Of a stretch of DNA of 64,000 nt, positions 46,001 through 54,201 are shown in pieces. Position numbers and translations under genes: made by a program. A model generated the notes under the pieces. It made no database searches. It saw nothing but the letters and a program-made list of their open reading frames with translations, and had not been told where the DNA came from. Positions within the stretch are counted from its first letter, which is position 1. The number at the start of each line of letters is the position of its first letter. The stretch lies in contig DATDVR010000005.1 in the NCBI GenBank assembly GCA_035289925.1, forward strand, positions 45,692 to 109,691, written 5' to 3'. The stretch comes from Candidatus Nanoarchaeia archaeon. GTDB lineage: Archaea > Nanobdellota > Nanobdellia > SCGC-AAA011-G17 > DATDVL01.

Positions 46001-49000
46001 TTGAAGTGTCTTCATAAGTCGCCATAGTGCCTCTTTGGACACCATCAATGTAAAGTTCAGACCTGCTTGCAGCAACAGAATGCGTTGCAACAACATGAGT
46101 CCACTTGTTTAAGCTTAATGCGCTTGTTGCAGTTATTGACTGATAAGAACCTGTGTCTAAAGCAAACACTACGCTAGTTCCAGTTTGATAAATGATAAGG
46201 AAATTTCCAGAGCCTGCAAGACCGTGACCCATAGAGACAAATTTATGTTCACCTGTCAAAGTATGTGGCATTACCCACAATGAAATTGTTTCTTCCTGCT
46301 TGTCGTTTGCAGCCAACGAACTTGTATTAATAAAATCATTAGTGCCATCAAACTGCAGAGCATAACCAAACTTTCCAGAAATATTGAAGAATGGGCAAGA
46401 AGAACCTGAACAGCTTAAATTGCTTCTTCTTCCAGATGCGTCAAAGAAATTTGTTGTGCCTTCATTATGCTTTGTCTCGTTGTTTGCATGCAATATCAAT
46501 ATTGTATGATTGTCTTCAACTGTTACAGGAGAAGTCCAGTTGTATGTGACTTGAGAGCCATTAAATATTGTGCCATTGAATTTGTAAAGCAAGGTAGTGT
46601 CATTCAAAATTGAGCTGTTAATTCTGCCGTAAATCTCTACTCTTAATGGCTGAGTTAATACATCATCGTATGGCGTTGCATTCAAGATAACGTTGAAAAC
46701 TCCTTGAGTGAAAGTCGTTCCATTTGCAGGAGCGTTCAAAACTATTGAAGGCGCGTCTGTTTGCTGGTTAACGTAAAGTGTATTTAATGGAGTTATGTTC
46801 ACGCTTTTTGAATCATACAAAACATCAGATATTTTTACCTTCCAATAATAAGTTCCGTTTTTTAATCTGTATAAGTCTAAAATTTCATTTGCGGATAAAG
46901 AACGATTCCAAATTGCAACTTCGTCTATAGCCATCGTTGAAGGAAAAGTCCCTACATTATATCCCCCAATTGTATCAATATCTTGAACTGCATTAGAACC
47001 TAAAGTAAGATTGCTTCCTAATTGAACTCCATTTTTAAAAAATCTAACTTGCCTGTCACTTCTTGTAATAACGACATGATTCCAGATTCCTGATGTAAAT
47101 CCATTATGGGCGGTAGAAACAAAATTACCAGCGACAGCAGAATAATAGATGGTCGTGGTATCAATATATGGGGCATAATGACCAGCACTTCCGCCAATTA
47201 CAACTCCATCTCCACTATCCTTCCAGTTTAGCCATAATGAAAATGAACTATTTATTAATCCAATTGTTTTAAAAGTAATATTGTTAGCTACGCCATCAAA
47301 TTCGTAAGTTCCGCCAAACTTTCCCGATGAATTGAATAAAGGACAATTTGAGCATACTCCATATTTATTTAATTTGGACGAATCATTGAAAAAGCTTCCA
47401 TTTAACTCATTTCTTTCAGTTCTATTATCTAAGTGATATAATAAAAGCAAACTACTATCTTTATTGTCTGTTACAAGAGAAGTCCAGTTGTAAGTAATTT
47501 GTGTGCCATTGAAGATTGTATCATTGCCTTTGAACAACAATAAGGTATCATTTAATGTTGTAGTATTAGAACCATAAATCTCTACTGTCAAAGGAGAAGT
47601 AAGCGAGTCATTTGCAGACGTTGCGTTTATACTAATTGTAAGATTAAATCTATTTTCAAAGTAGTTTGAATTGTTTTGCGGTGTATTAATCTTTATTGAA
47701 GGCTGGAATTCTCTATTGACATAAATAGTGTTGACTGGATGAAGAGTTGAAGTTTTGCCTACACTAACATTTACAATCCAATAATAAGTGTCATTTCTTA
47801 GCCTGTACAAGTTTAAGATTTCATAATCATCCAAGCTTCTATTCCAGATTGCAACTTCGTCTATTGAACCATTCCAGAACCTATTTACAGAGTCTGTTGG
47901 TCCTACTCCGCCAATTCTCAATTCATTATTTGTTATAGGAAGAGTATTATTGGTGATGTTTATCTGATAAGTTAATGTCCTGTTCACTCCATTAAGATAA
48001 AATTTCAACCTGCTTGAATTAATATTAGCACTGCCATTGAAAACCATTGCAACATGGAACCATTCTCCAGCCCTAAATTCATTGTCATTTGTATAGCCAA
48101 ACTGAGAGCCACCATAATTTGACACAATAAAGTCATCATTGCCACCAACCCCTGTTGTGCCTGTTTCAATTACCCAGCCTACATTGTTGCTATTGGCAAA
48201 CTTTGCAACAACTGCCTTCAGGTTTAATAATGTTCTTGCATAGACCCATGCAGAAACAGTCATTTCAGAAAGATTGTCTGTGTCTGTGATGTCTGTGACA
48301 TTGATAAAATTATCTATGCCATCAAATGTGTAAGTCCCACCAAACTTTCCTGATGTGTTTGTTACTGAGCAATTTGTTCCTACGCATAGCCCATGATTTT
48401 CATTGCCAGAAGAATCATTGAAGAAGGTTCCATTATTTTCATTTCTTGATGATAAATTGTCAAGGTGCATCAGCAATATCAATGATTTATCACCTTTCTC
48501 AACCAGCGGAGAAGTCCAGTTGTAAGTAATTTGTGTGCCATTGAAGATTGTGTCATTGCCTTTGAATAATAAAACAGATTCATTCAAATCATTTATATTT
48601 GACGAGTTTGAGCCGTAGATTTCAATTGTCAAAGGAGTTGTAGTCAGATTGTAAATTGCAGTGAAATTCAGGGTTATGTTAAAAATCTTTTCTATAAAGT
48701 TTGTGCCATTTATGAAACTAGTATCATTTCCAGAGAAGTTGAACGTCAATGAAGGAGTTACTTCTACGCTATAACTTGTCTGAATAGAATTTACATCTGC
48801 TGTTTGATATCTATCATAGCTTTCAAAAAATAATTTCCACTGGAAGAACTTGTTAGCAGGGGTTACAGTGCTATTAAGAGTGTATAACTGCGACATATTA
48901 TCAAAATAAGTATTTGCTGTTCCGTCTTTTCCAACAAAGGTTTCACCTGAACAAGCAGAATCATCACAGCTTCTTACCTGAAGCTTTGCAGTTGAAAATG

Positions 49001-52000
49001 CACCATCATAAAGCTTTAGTAATTCACTTTCAGACAATGTCCTGTTGACAATGAATAAAGTGTCTATTGTTCCATTGAAAGAAGATGAAGGAGTTACTGC
49101 TATAGTTCCAATTAATGTAGTGCCATTTGTGTTGTTGAAGCCACCTGAAATTATATTAGAACATGAAGTAACTCTGTGCCTTTCTCTTGGAACTGGTGAG
49201 ATTTGCCAGACAGTTGCGTTCTGGTTTGATGAATTAAAAGTTAATGCGAGGAAATACCACCTGTTTCTTTCTAAAATTATTCCACTTTGAGCTCCCGAAC
49301 ATAATGGAGCTGTAGTTCCTAAAGCATAGAAAGGTTGAGCACCATTGTTTGCAGTTCCCTGAATACCAAATGACTTTCTTCCCCTGTTTGCATTTGCACC
49401 ACCAGCTTCATCCCTATTCATATTAATAATATATCCAAAACCTTGCGAACCTTGCCATTCCCATCTTAAGATAACTCCTATTGTTGCAGAAGAATCATTG
49501 CTAAAATCGAAGTTGGAAGTGTTTTGTCCTTCAATTCTCATGAAAGTTGTCAGGTTAAAGTATCTTGCCTTGCCTTCTATACCTGTTGTAACTGCTGGAC
49601 ATCTTGAAGCGTTGTTTCCTATTCCTAATCCACAAGTTCCGCCCAGAGAAGAATTTGTTGAGCTTAAAAATAAAGTATCATTTTCTCCTGACTCGTTGTT
49701 GAACCCGAAAATTGTAACCTTGTCATTTGGGAAATCTGACTGGCTGAATCTTCTTGGATAGTTTTGAGAACCATTAAAAGTGATATTTTTTAAGGTTTCA
49801 GTGGTATTTAGTGCAAAAACTTTTGATGTATATGTTCCATTTTGAGGATACTTGCCTCTTAATCTTTCAAACAATGCCCTTATCTCCGGGATGCTTAAAG
49901 TCTTGTTGTAGATTGCAACTTCATCTATGAAGCCGTTGAAAGGTGAAGAAGCATTTGTCTGCCCTATATAATACTGCATCTTTCCATCACCATCTAAGTT
50001 AGAAATATTTATCATATTTGCAGAATCAACGCTTCTTAAAGCATATTGGTCAATTCCTGTTGCTCCTCCTTCATCTTGGACAAACAAGGTAACATTAGCT
50101 CCATTGTTGGAATAATTTGAAGTGAACGCTATGAATCTCCATTTTTGATCTGTTGGGCTTCCACCTGCACCAGAAACTTGTATTGTAGTTGTTGTCATGG
50201 TTGCATTGTTGTCATTAACCTGCATTATCAAAGTGCTTGAGCTGAATAATAAGTTGAAAGTATTTTTCTTTGTATTAGCTGGGCCATTGCAAAGGATACA
50301 TAAAGACAATGCTCCAGTTGCATTTGGCATGAACATCAAGACAACTGTTGCGTTCTGGCCTAATCCTATTGGGTTTATTGTTATATTTCTTCCATTTGTT
50401 TGAGTAGTGTTAAATTGTATGAAACCTTGAATGCCGCCAGAATTTGTTAAATCATCTTCAAAGAATATCTTTGGGCACTTGTCTCTTGGGTCATCTGCCA
50501 ATGGAGAGCAAGAACCGTGATTGTTGTTTCCTGAAGAGTCATTGAAGAAAGAAGAATTGCCTTCGTTTCTCCAGCTTTCATTGTTGAAGTGCAATGATAA
50601 TAACAAATTGGAAGTGAGTGAAGTGTTTATTTCTGTGTCATTGCCGTGAACTAAAGTCAAGTTTGAAGCTGTTGTAGATACCTGAGTTGTAATGTTGGTT
50701 GATGAAGTTGCATGCGCTGTAAATTCCTGAGTCGTATTTGTAACTATCAAAAAAGTCTGCAATGACAAGTGAGGAACTATCCACTGTATTTCATCTGCGT
50801 TTCCATCTTCATCATAGTCTGAATAAGTGAAAGGAAGTATTTGATTATTGTTTGTAACCCAGTAAACCCTTATAAAATCTGGATGAATATTAGCTACAGC
50901 AGTATAAGCAAGAACATTCTGATAACTAATGTCAGAAGATACAGAAACTGTTTTCTGGTTTTCTTCTTCAACCTCGACCAACTCAGGACCTTGAGTCTCA
51001 TAAATGACTTCAAGAGTGTCGTTTTTTGTTATGTTTTCATTTATTTTTATTGTAATATTCTCTTCAGGCTCAAAGCCGAAAAATCCCGTAAATCTAAAAA
51101 ACCTTACAAAGAAATTTCCTGTAATAGCATTGCCATTAGATTGAGTTTCATTTTCTAAAACAGGATTTATCTCAATGTCTGCAGTAATATTATTTTTAAG
51201 AACAGTAATGTTCTCAGCATAAGAAGGAATCTCAGTCAATAAACCTGATATAGTTTCATTTACAGTTATTGTCTTGACCCATTTTACAGGCTTTCTTACT
51301 ACAATAGGATAATGCTCTAGAAGTTCTGTAATGTTTGCTTTTGTATAAAGAGGAACTTCAGTTGTAATATTACTCTCATTTGAAGAAGTTTCGTTTGTTA
51401 CATTCACAGGAACAATCGTGACATTGACAATGCTTATGTTCGTTGTTTCATTTGTGATGTTTACTTCTGCTGTAATGTTTGTCTCATTTGAAAGTGTAAA
51501 GTTAGTAACATTTATAGTGAAATTAGTTTCTTCCTGCGTAACATTTGCTTCAGTTTCATTTGTAATGTTTTCTTCAGCTGTCTCGTTTGAAAATGTAAAG
51601 TTAGTCTCAGTTAAGTTTGAAACATTAGATATCATATCTATGGAGATGTTAAAAAAAGTCTCGTTAAATTGCTCTGAAACATTTACTGAAGATTCATTAG
51701 AAGTGTAATTAGTATTGTTTACAGCTATAGCAAATGCAGTGTTCCAAACAGATTCTGAGAATTCTCCAGAAACGTCCTTAATATATTGCCATAAGCCTAA
51801 GCATTCATTTGCATCAAAGTCAAATAAGCTGCACTTGTACAAGCTTCCTGTAGCATCAGAAAAAAATTCTGCCTCGTCAAAATCCAGATCATGCTTGAAT
51901 GCAAAAGAGGTTAAAAAAGAAAGATGAGGTGGGGGGGCTAAATCCACCTCTCTTAACTCTATTGAAGAACCTGACTTTAGATTTTTTATCTTGATTTTTT

Positions 52001-52931
52001 CAACTACATTTCCAGTTATAAGCTCAGAATCAGCATCTAAAGGAGCTATATAATCAATGTCATTTATCTTTATAGAAATTGTCTCATTTTCGTGGACTGT
52101 AAAGCCTGTCAGTTTGAAGTCAGAAACAAAGAAAGTTCCTAAGCCAACAGCAAATAAAAGAAAAACAAGCAGAAATACAAATGGAATTTTTTTCTTTTCA
52201 GAAATTTTTTCAGGCTTTTGCTTCAAGAAATCAATTATTGAATTATTTTTAAGCTTTTCGGGGGTTAAATCAGAATCTATAGTGTAATTGTTGGGGATAA
52301 TAAAAAAAAGACTGAATCTGTGCTTTATTTTTCTTCTTATGGCCAAGTATAAAGCGAACAAAAGCAATAGAATGAAAACAATATAGATAGGCGTGAGATG
52401 ATTGGCAGCAGAATTAAAGCTTTCTAAAAATGGTGTTTTATAGAAACTGGAGGTTATAAAATTAGCTGAAGAACTAGAAAACAAATATAATGTCAATAAT
52501 ATCAAACTTACTGAAGCTGAAACTAATAAAGTCGCGAACAATGGTTTCAAAGGAGAGAAATATAAAATTGATTCTTTCTTCTCTTCTTTTTCAAAGTCAG
52601 AAAGCTTTGCATTTTCATTCTTAAGAAGCTTAGAGTCAAGCTCATGGTAAGATTGTTCCAGCTCAGATTCTGAATCTAGGTCAAAGAATTCTTCGTTTAC
52701 AGGGGCTCTTAATAAATCTAGTCTGTCTATTATCTTTTTATTTTCGTAGTCATCTTCTAATTTTTTTAATTCATTTTCGTAAGCTTCTAATGTTAAAGAT
52801 TTAGTATTAAAGTCAGAAGGAATTGGAGATGATAATAAATTAAGCCTTTCAGAGATAGAACTATCTAGTTTTTTAGAACTAACTACTGCGCCACGCCTTT
52901 TTCTTTGCAAACTACTAACCCCTTTTAACAA
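40089..52931 (-). CDS. giant (4280-aa) membrane-anchored surface protein with nine LamG/concanavalin-A-like lectin domains
   Basis: The N-terminus has three TM helices (about nt 52120-52550), followed by an NxT-rich stalk. Repeated LamG_3 signatures occur (FNDSSGNxxHG ... GKFGGxxxFDG ... W.hva.t.. ... F.G.IDEvAIwNrsL...EI..lY). The C-terminal Ig-like domain is shared with 36931..37575. The track start is a TTG codon. Confidence 0.85.
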   Translation of the reverse strand: MLKGVSSLQRKRRGAVVSSKKLDSSISERLNLLSSPIPSDFNTKSLTLEAYENELKKLEDDYENKKIIDRLDLLRAPVNEEFFDLDSESELEQSYHELDSKLLKNENAKLSDFEKEEKKESILYFSPLKPLFATLLVSASVSLILLTLYLFSSSSANFITSSFYKTPFLESFNSAANHLTPIYIVFILLLLFALYLAIRRKIKHRFSLFFIIPNNYTIDSDLTPEKLKNNSIIDFLKQKPEKISEKKKIPFVFLLVFLLFAVGLGTFFVSDFKLTGFTVHENETISIKINDIDYIAPLDADSELITGNVVEKIKIKNLKSGSSIELREVDLAPPPHLSFLTSFAFKHDLDFDEAEFFSDATGSLYKCSLFDFDANECLGLWQYIKDVSGEFSESVWNTAFAIAVNNTNYTSNESSVNVSEQFNETFFNISIDMISNVSNLTETNFTFSNETAEENITNETEANVTQEETNFTINVTNFTLSNETNITAEVNITNETTNISIVNVTIVPVNVTNETSSNESNITTEVPLYTKANITELLEHYPIVVRKPVKWVKTITVNETISGLLTEIPSYAENITVLKNNITADIEINPVLENETQSNGNAITGNFFVRFFRFTGFFGFEPEENITIKINENITKNDTLEVIYETQGPELVEVEEENQKTVSVSSDISYQNVLAYTAVANIHPDFIRVYWVTNNNQILPFTYSDYDEDGNADEIQWIVPHLSLQTFLIVTNTTQEFTAHATSSTNITTQVSTTASNLTLVHGNDTEINTSLTSNLLLSLHFNNESWRNEGNSSFFNDSSGNNNHGSCSPLADDPRDKCPKIFFEDDLTNSGGIQGFIQFNTTQTNGRNITINPIGLGQNATVVLMFMPNATGALSLCILCNGPANTKKNTFNLLFSSSTLIMQVNDNNATMTTTTIQVSGAGGSPTDQKWRFIAFTSNYSNNGANVTLFVQDEGGATGIDQYALRSVDSANMINISNLDGDGKMQYYIGQTNASSPFNGFIDEVAIYNKTLSIPEIRALFERLRGKYPQNGTYTSKVFALNTTETLKNITFNGSQNYPRRFSQSDFPNDKVTIFGFNNESGENDTLFLSSTNSSLGGTCGLGIGNNASRCPAVTTGIEGKARYFNLTTFMRIEGQNTSNFDFSNDSSATIGVILRWEWQGSQGFGYIINMNRDEAGGANANRGRKSFGIQGTANNGAQPFYALGTTAPLCSGAQSGIILERNRWYFLALTFNSSNQNATVWQISPVPRERHRVTSCSNIISGGFNNTNGTTLIGTIAVTPSSSFNGTIDTLFIVNRTLSESELLKLYDGAFSTAKLQVRSCDDSACSGETFVGKDGTANTYFDNMSQLYTLNSTVTPANKFFQWKLFFESYDRYQTADVNSIQTSYSVEVTPSLTFNFSGNDTSFINGTNFIEKIFNITLNFTAIYNLTTTPLTIEIYGSNSSNINDLNESVLLFKGNDTIFNGTQITYNWTSPLVEKGDKSLILLMHLDNLSSRNENNGTFFNDSSGNENHGLCVGTNCSVTNTSGKFGGTYTFDGIDNFINVTDITDTDNLSEMTVSAWVYARTLLNLKAVVAKFANSNNVGWVIETGTTGVGGNDDFIVSNYGGSQFGYTNDNEFRAGEWFHVAMVFNGSANINSSRLKFYLNGVNRTLTYQINITNNTLPITNNELRIGGVGPTDSVNRFWNGSIDEVAIWNRSLDDYEILNLYRLRNDTYYWIVNVSVGKTSTLHPVNTIYVNREFQPSIKINTPQNNSNYFENRFNLTISINATSANDSLTSPLTVEIYGSNTTTLNDTLLLFKGNDTIFNGTQITYNWTSLVTDNKDSSLLLLYHLDNRTERNELNGSFFNDSSKLNKYGVCSNCPLFNSSGKFGGTYEFDGVANNITFKTIGLINSSFSLWLNWKDSGDGVVIGGSAGHYAPYIDTTTIYYSAVAGNFVSTAHNGFTSGIWNHVVITRSDRQVRFFKNGVQLGSNLTLGSNAVQDIDTIGGYNVGTFPSTMAIDEVAIWNRSLSANEILDLYRLKNGTYYWKVKISDVLYDSKSVNITPLNTLYVNQQTDAPSIVLNAPANGTTFTQGVFNVILNATPYDDVLTQPLRVEIYGRINSSILNDTTLLYKFNGTIFNGSQVTYNWTSPVTVEDNHTILILHANNETKHNEGTTNFFDASGRRSNLSCSGSSCPFFNISGKFGYALQFDGTNDFINTSSLAANDKQEETISLWVMPHTLTGEHKFVSMGHGLAGSGNFLIIYQTGTSVVFALDTGSYQSITATSALSLNKWTHVVATHSVAASRSELYIDGVQRGTMATYEDTSTNHNFIDIGRDSEDSNYYAGLLDEIAIWNRSLRLSEIEDVYRLKNGTYFWIANVSDWINYNFSETRSFCIGVCAQTAPVISNATINYTDTTFFSTSDFINASAYILEENTEDRINATVVLFVNDKANITSTFDNNKIASSTYSVIFNRTNLTSEDDVKLQFSATDGYSTVFLNSSSFIANAPSSFATTKGALSNQINVSANTTILESSIPARNITLVHGNDSEINTTTLSSNDKLLLSLHFNNESWRNEGNSSFFNDSSGNNHHGSCPSLETRCPRILFDDNYTMSGGIQGFLEFNGSSNITVNSLGLGNNATVIMLIMVNGSSSDGCIICNDNSNPQAAQGATMKNTFAFQAGTNIIVQIVDNNATQNLHTISSSGTNNDPDPKKWRFVAFTSNYSSNSANITLFFQDEISGALDYPALKMVGSTSAINISNLDGDGKMNYYIGQRNTSGAFTGYVDEIAIFNKTLSIPEIQSVYERIRSKYPQNGTYTSKVFDLGSLQKFKNITFNGSIDYPRRLSQKDFPNDKVTIFRFNNDTVGENDTLFLDAANNSLGATCGKGVGNNASRCPSITTGIEGNAVNFNTSQFIRIENQNTSNFDYNNDSSFTIGAIINWNGLGSGGSGINYYIFSMNDLDGIAGSSGSKQLYVLAQARNGGDLSWTLGRNSGFCGGGEAGVTLELKRWYLVALTFNHTTQNKTVWHVSPIPREMHPADSCSSIISGGFNNTNETTIIGSETPLAGARGFNGTIDTIFIVNRTLDEFELLRIYDSAFSEAKLQVRSCDDESCSGETFVGVNGTAGSSFENMTQVYPLNDSIVIPNRFFQWKLSYETYDRLQTADVKLVKVGYGTNAAPVLTNAAINYTNGTFFATGEQINASVTVTDSDSEDRINGTAVLFINDKTNITLQFLNSVPSGGILSIVFNATNITVNNTVLVQWNSSDGLLGSNFVNSTVVTVTSRPSDVLTGSAAEFTAILNFSANTTIQVSATAANVTLVHANDSELNNSLYSNMLLSLHFNNESWRNEGNSSFFNDSSGNNNHGSCSPLSLDPRDKCPKISFEDDLTNSGGIQGFLTFNTTGRNITINPIGLGQNATVILMWMPNATGGLSLCIICHSIGLTKSNTFSVLFSSSTLIMQIRDQNATGTTTTIQVSGAGGSPSDQKWRFMAFTSNYSNNGANVTLFVQDEGLGIDAGALRSVDSPNMINISNLDGDGKMNLYLGSANDSSSSASFNGFIDELAIYNKTLSIPEIRAIFERLRGKYPQNGTFTSKVFDLNTTQFFGNLTFNGSQNYPKRLSQKDFPNDKVTIFRFNNESGENDTLFLSSTNSSLGGTCGNGIGNNASRCPAVTTGIEGKARYFNLTTFMRIEGQNTSNFDFNNDSSATIGIIMRWEWQGSQGLGYIININRDESGALNANRGRKSFGIQGTSNNGAQPFYALGTTAPLCGSAQSGVILERNRWYFLALTFNSSDQNATVWTISQIPRERHRVAACTSIISGGFNNTNGTTLIGSLSTSPQSAFNGTIDTLFILNRTLSELELQNIYDSAFSKARLQIRSCDDINCAGESFVGPANTTTSYFENMTQVYPLNESVVPANRFFQWKLSFETFDRYQSSDVKQVAFGFAETAPNIAPTILNVALGPNPANTTDQFNCSFTVSDPNADDVLTTTIKWYNTTTFYQQNSTVVANGTLTSFNFTNALQEKGESWRCGVQVSDGQFTSDETNSSLVSVVNSRPYTVIQNVPANLTVTTERNVNFSWITSGDADSVDRINYTLEILCIGGCASDNRLLNSTTTSLNLTDDLDFFADDGYFYRWFVRSYDGFEYSFNSTHRTLNISVLVAISTDNSSVNFTNAQIGVTDDTTDNSPRPFIVQNDGNSLINVNKTADKLLFVQAPSPSSAFQFKVDNATGEEGAFNWSGSTTTFTNVAVTTQKMFSQLNFSNLTDSGEADISITPPIDEPPGNRSNILTITGYYAGGFP
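41165..43035 (-). repeat. supermodule copy C (two LamG domains + CxxxxC 'QVRSCDD' domain); approximate borders
   Basis: It begins with VTLVHANDSELN...LLSLHFNNESWRNEGNSSFFNDSSGNNNHG and ends with FFQWKLSFETFDRYQSSDV. It is closest to copy A. Confidence 0.7.
43480..45365 (-). repeat. supermodule copy B (more divergent); approximate borders
   Basis: ITLVHGNDSEIN...LLLSLHFNNESWRNEGNSSFFNDSSGNNHHG ... FFQWKLSYETYDRLQTADV. Confidence 0.7.
45790..48790 (-). repeat. three tandem ~330-aa modules (Ig-like + LamG); approximate borders
   Basis: The recurring block FKGNDTIFNGTQITYNWTS...FNDSS...SGKFGGTY.FDG...EVAIWNRSL...YRL.NGTYYW occurs with ~1 kb periodicity. The nt motif ttgtaagtaatttgtgtgccattgaagattgt is at ~48521 and ~47491, with a variant at ~46541. 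Confidence 0.7.
48790..50660 (-). repeat. supermodule copy A; approximate borders
   Basis: LTLVHGNDTEIN...LLLSLHFNNESWRNEGNSSFFNDSSGNNNHG ... FFQWKLFFESYDRYQTADV. It is offset exactly 7617 nt (in frame) from copy C. Confidence 0.7.
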
Positions 52932-53310
52932 ATCGGAGAACTCTTTTGCCTATTACATACTACTAAGTGCAGTACGTAAAAAAAGGTTAATTGAGCCCCC
53001 TTTATTTTACTGATTACACTATTAAATTAACTTTTAACCCCAAGAATAACAACTAAAATTGATTTATATAGTTTTCTGTGAAGGAAAATTACTACATTTA
53101 AAGGAATATCAATCAAATAAGGCTGACTAGTCTGGATTATTACTTTTTAAAAGCTTATAATAAGCCTTTTTTTACCACTTCCTTTAATTTTGGATATATT
53201 TTATCTTTAATTAATCTTTTTAGCAAAACTTCGTAAATCTTACGGTAAATATAAAAGTTTTAGATTATATGAACGACAAAGTATATAAAAACTAATAACT
53301 TATTTAGATA

Positions 53311-53667
53311 ATGCAAGTAAGATTGAAGCCTGCAAATGTGGAAAAAATAAAAAAGAGGCTAAGAAAGTATACTGAAAAAGACTTAGAATATAATGAGCCA
53401 CATTTTACCCTTAAACTTGAGAGAGAAAAGATAGACAAAAGGGAAGTCATAAAGAATATATTAAAACCAGATAATTTGGCCTTTGTAGGAATATCAGAAT
53501 CTAAGAACCCTAATTATAATTATATATATGACTTATACTTTAAACTGGGAAACAACCGGGTTTTTAAGATACCTATAAGTATTAAACCAAAATCTTTATA
53601 TTTGGTTACTATCTATAAAATAAGGAGGAAGCTACAAAATGAAGCAAATAAATATTTCAGGAAATAG
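53311..53667 (+). CDS. DUF4258-like small toxin candidate
   Basis: Its size, the overlap with a DUF2283-like gene, and the basic C-terminus fit the family. Motif support is weak. Confidence 0.35.
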   Translation: MQVRLKPANVEKIKKRLRKYTEKDLEYNEPHFTLKLEREKIDKREVIKNILKPDNLAFVGISESKNPNYNYIYDLYFKLGNNRVFKIPISIKPKSLYLVTIYKIRRKLQNEANKYFRK

Positions 53668-54022
53668 GAAGGAATATTCATTAAAGGGATTAAAATTTAA
53701 TTACGATGGCCTTAATGATTTGCTTTATGTCTACAAGCAAAATTCAGAGGTTTACTCTACTGTTATGGTTGGAGAGTTTCATTTGGAATTTAGCAGAGAT
53801 GGAGAAGTTGTTGGAGTTGAAATATTGAAAGCTTCTGATTTGCTTAAAGAATATGATGTCTCTAAATCTTTATTAAATAATCTTGATGGAATAAAAATTA
53901 GGGTAGTTGTGAGAAGTGACTCATTAATAGTATTTTTAGTAATTGGCGCAATGAACAAGGAAAGATCTATTCCGATAACTACTAATAATTTAGAATCTCC
54001 AATTATGCAAATAATTAATTAA
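53639..54022 (+). CDS. DUF2283-like protein
   Basis: NYDGLNDLLYVYK......V.VGEFHLEFSRDGEVVGVEILKAS matches the 'YD.eaD.lYi.....vd.d..G.vvGiEil.as' pattern. Confidence 0.55.
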   Translation: MKQINISGNRKEYSLKGLKFNYDGLNDLLYVYKQNSEVYSTVMVGEFHLEFSRDGEVVGVEILKASDLLKEYDVSKSLLNNLDGIKIRVVVRSDSLIVFLVIGAMNKERSIPITTNNLESPIMQIIN

Positions 54023-54201
54023 ATTTTATATAAGCCGCTTGTAAAGTATCCTTCAAAGAATAGTTTTGCCTATCCACTTTACTTTATATGTGTAAACTTA
54101 AGTTTATATTGATATCTTCGGTTTTATATGTGTAAAAATAAATGTTAAGAATTTAGAAGAATAAAAAGAAAAAATTAAAGGGGGTTTAATCCCTTATAGC
54201 T

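Noticed and set aside
40177-52287. About 20 plus-strand ORFs (60-129 aa) inside the giant gene, several with near-identical sequences
   Set aside because: They are antisense shadows of the long minus-strand ORF. Their similarity only mirrors the internal repeats of the giant gene, and they have no start context or independent signals.
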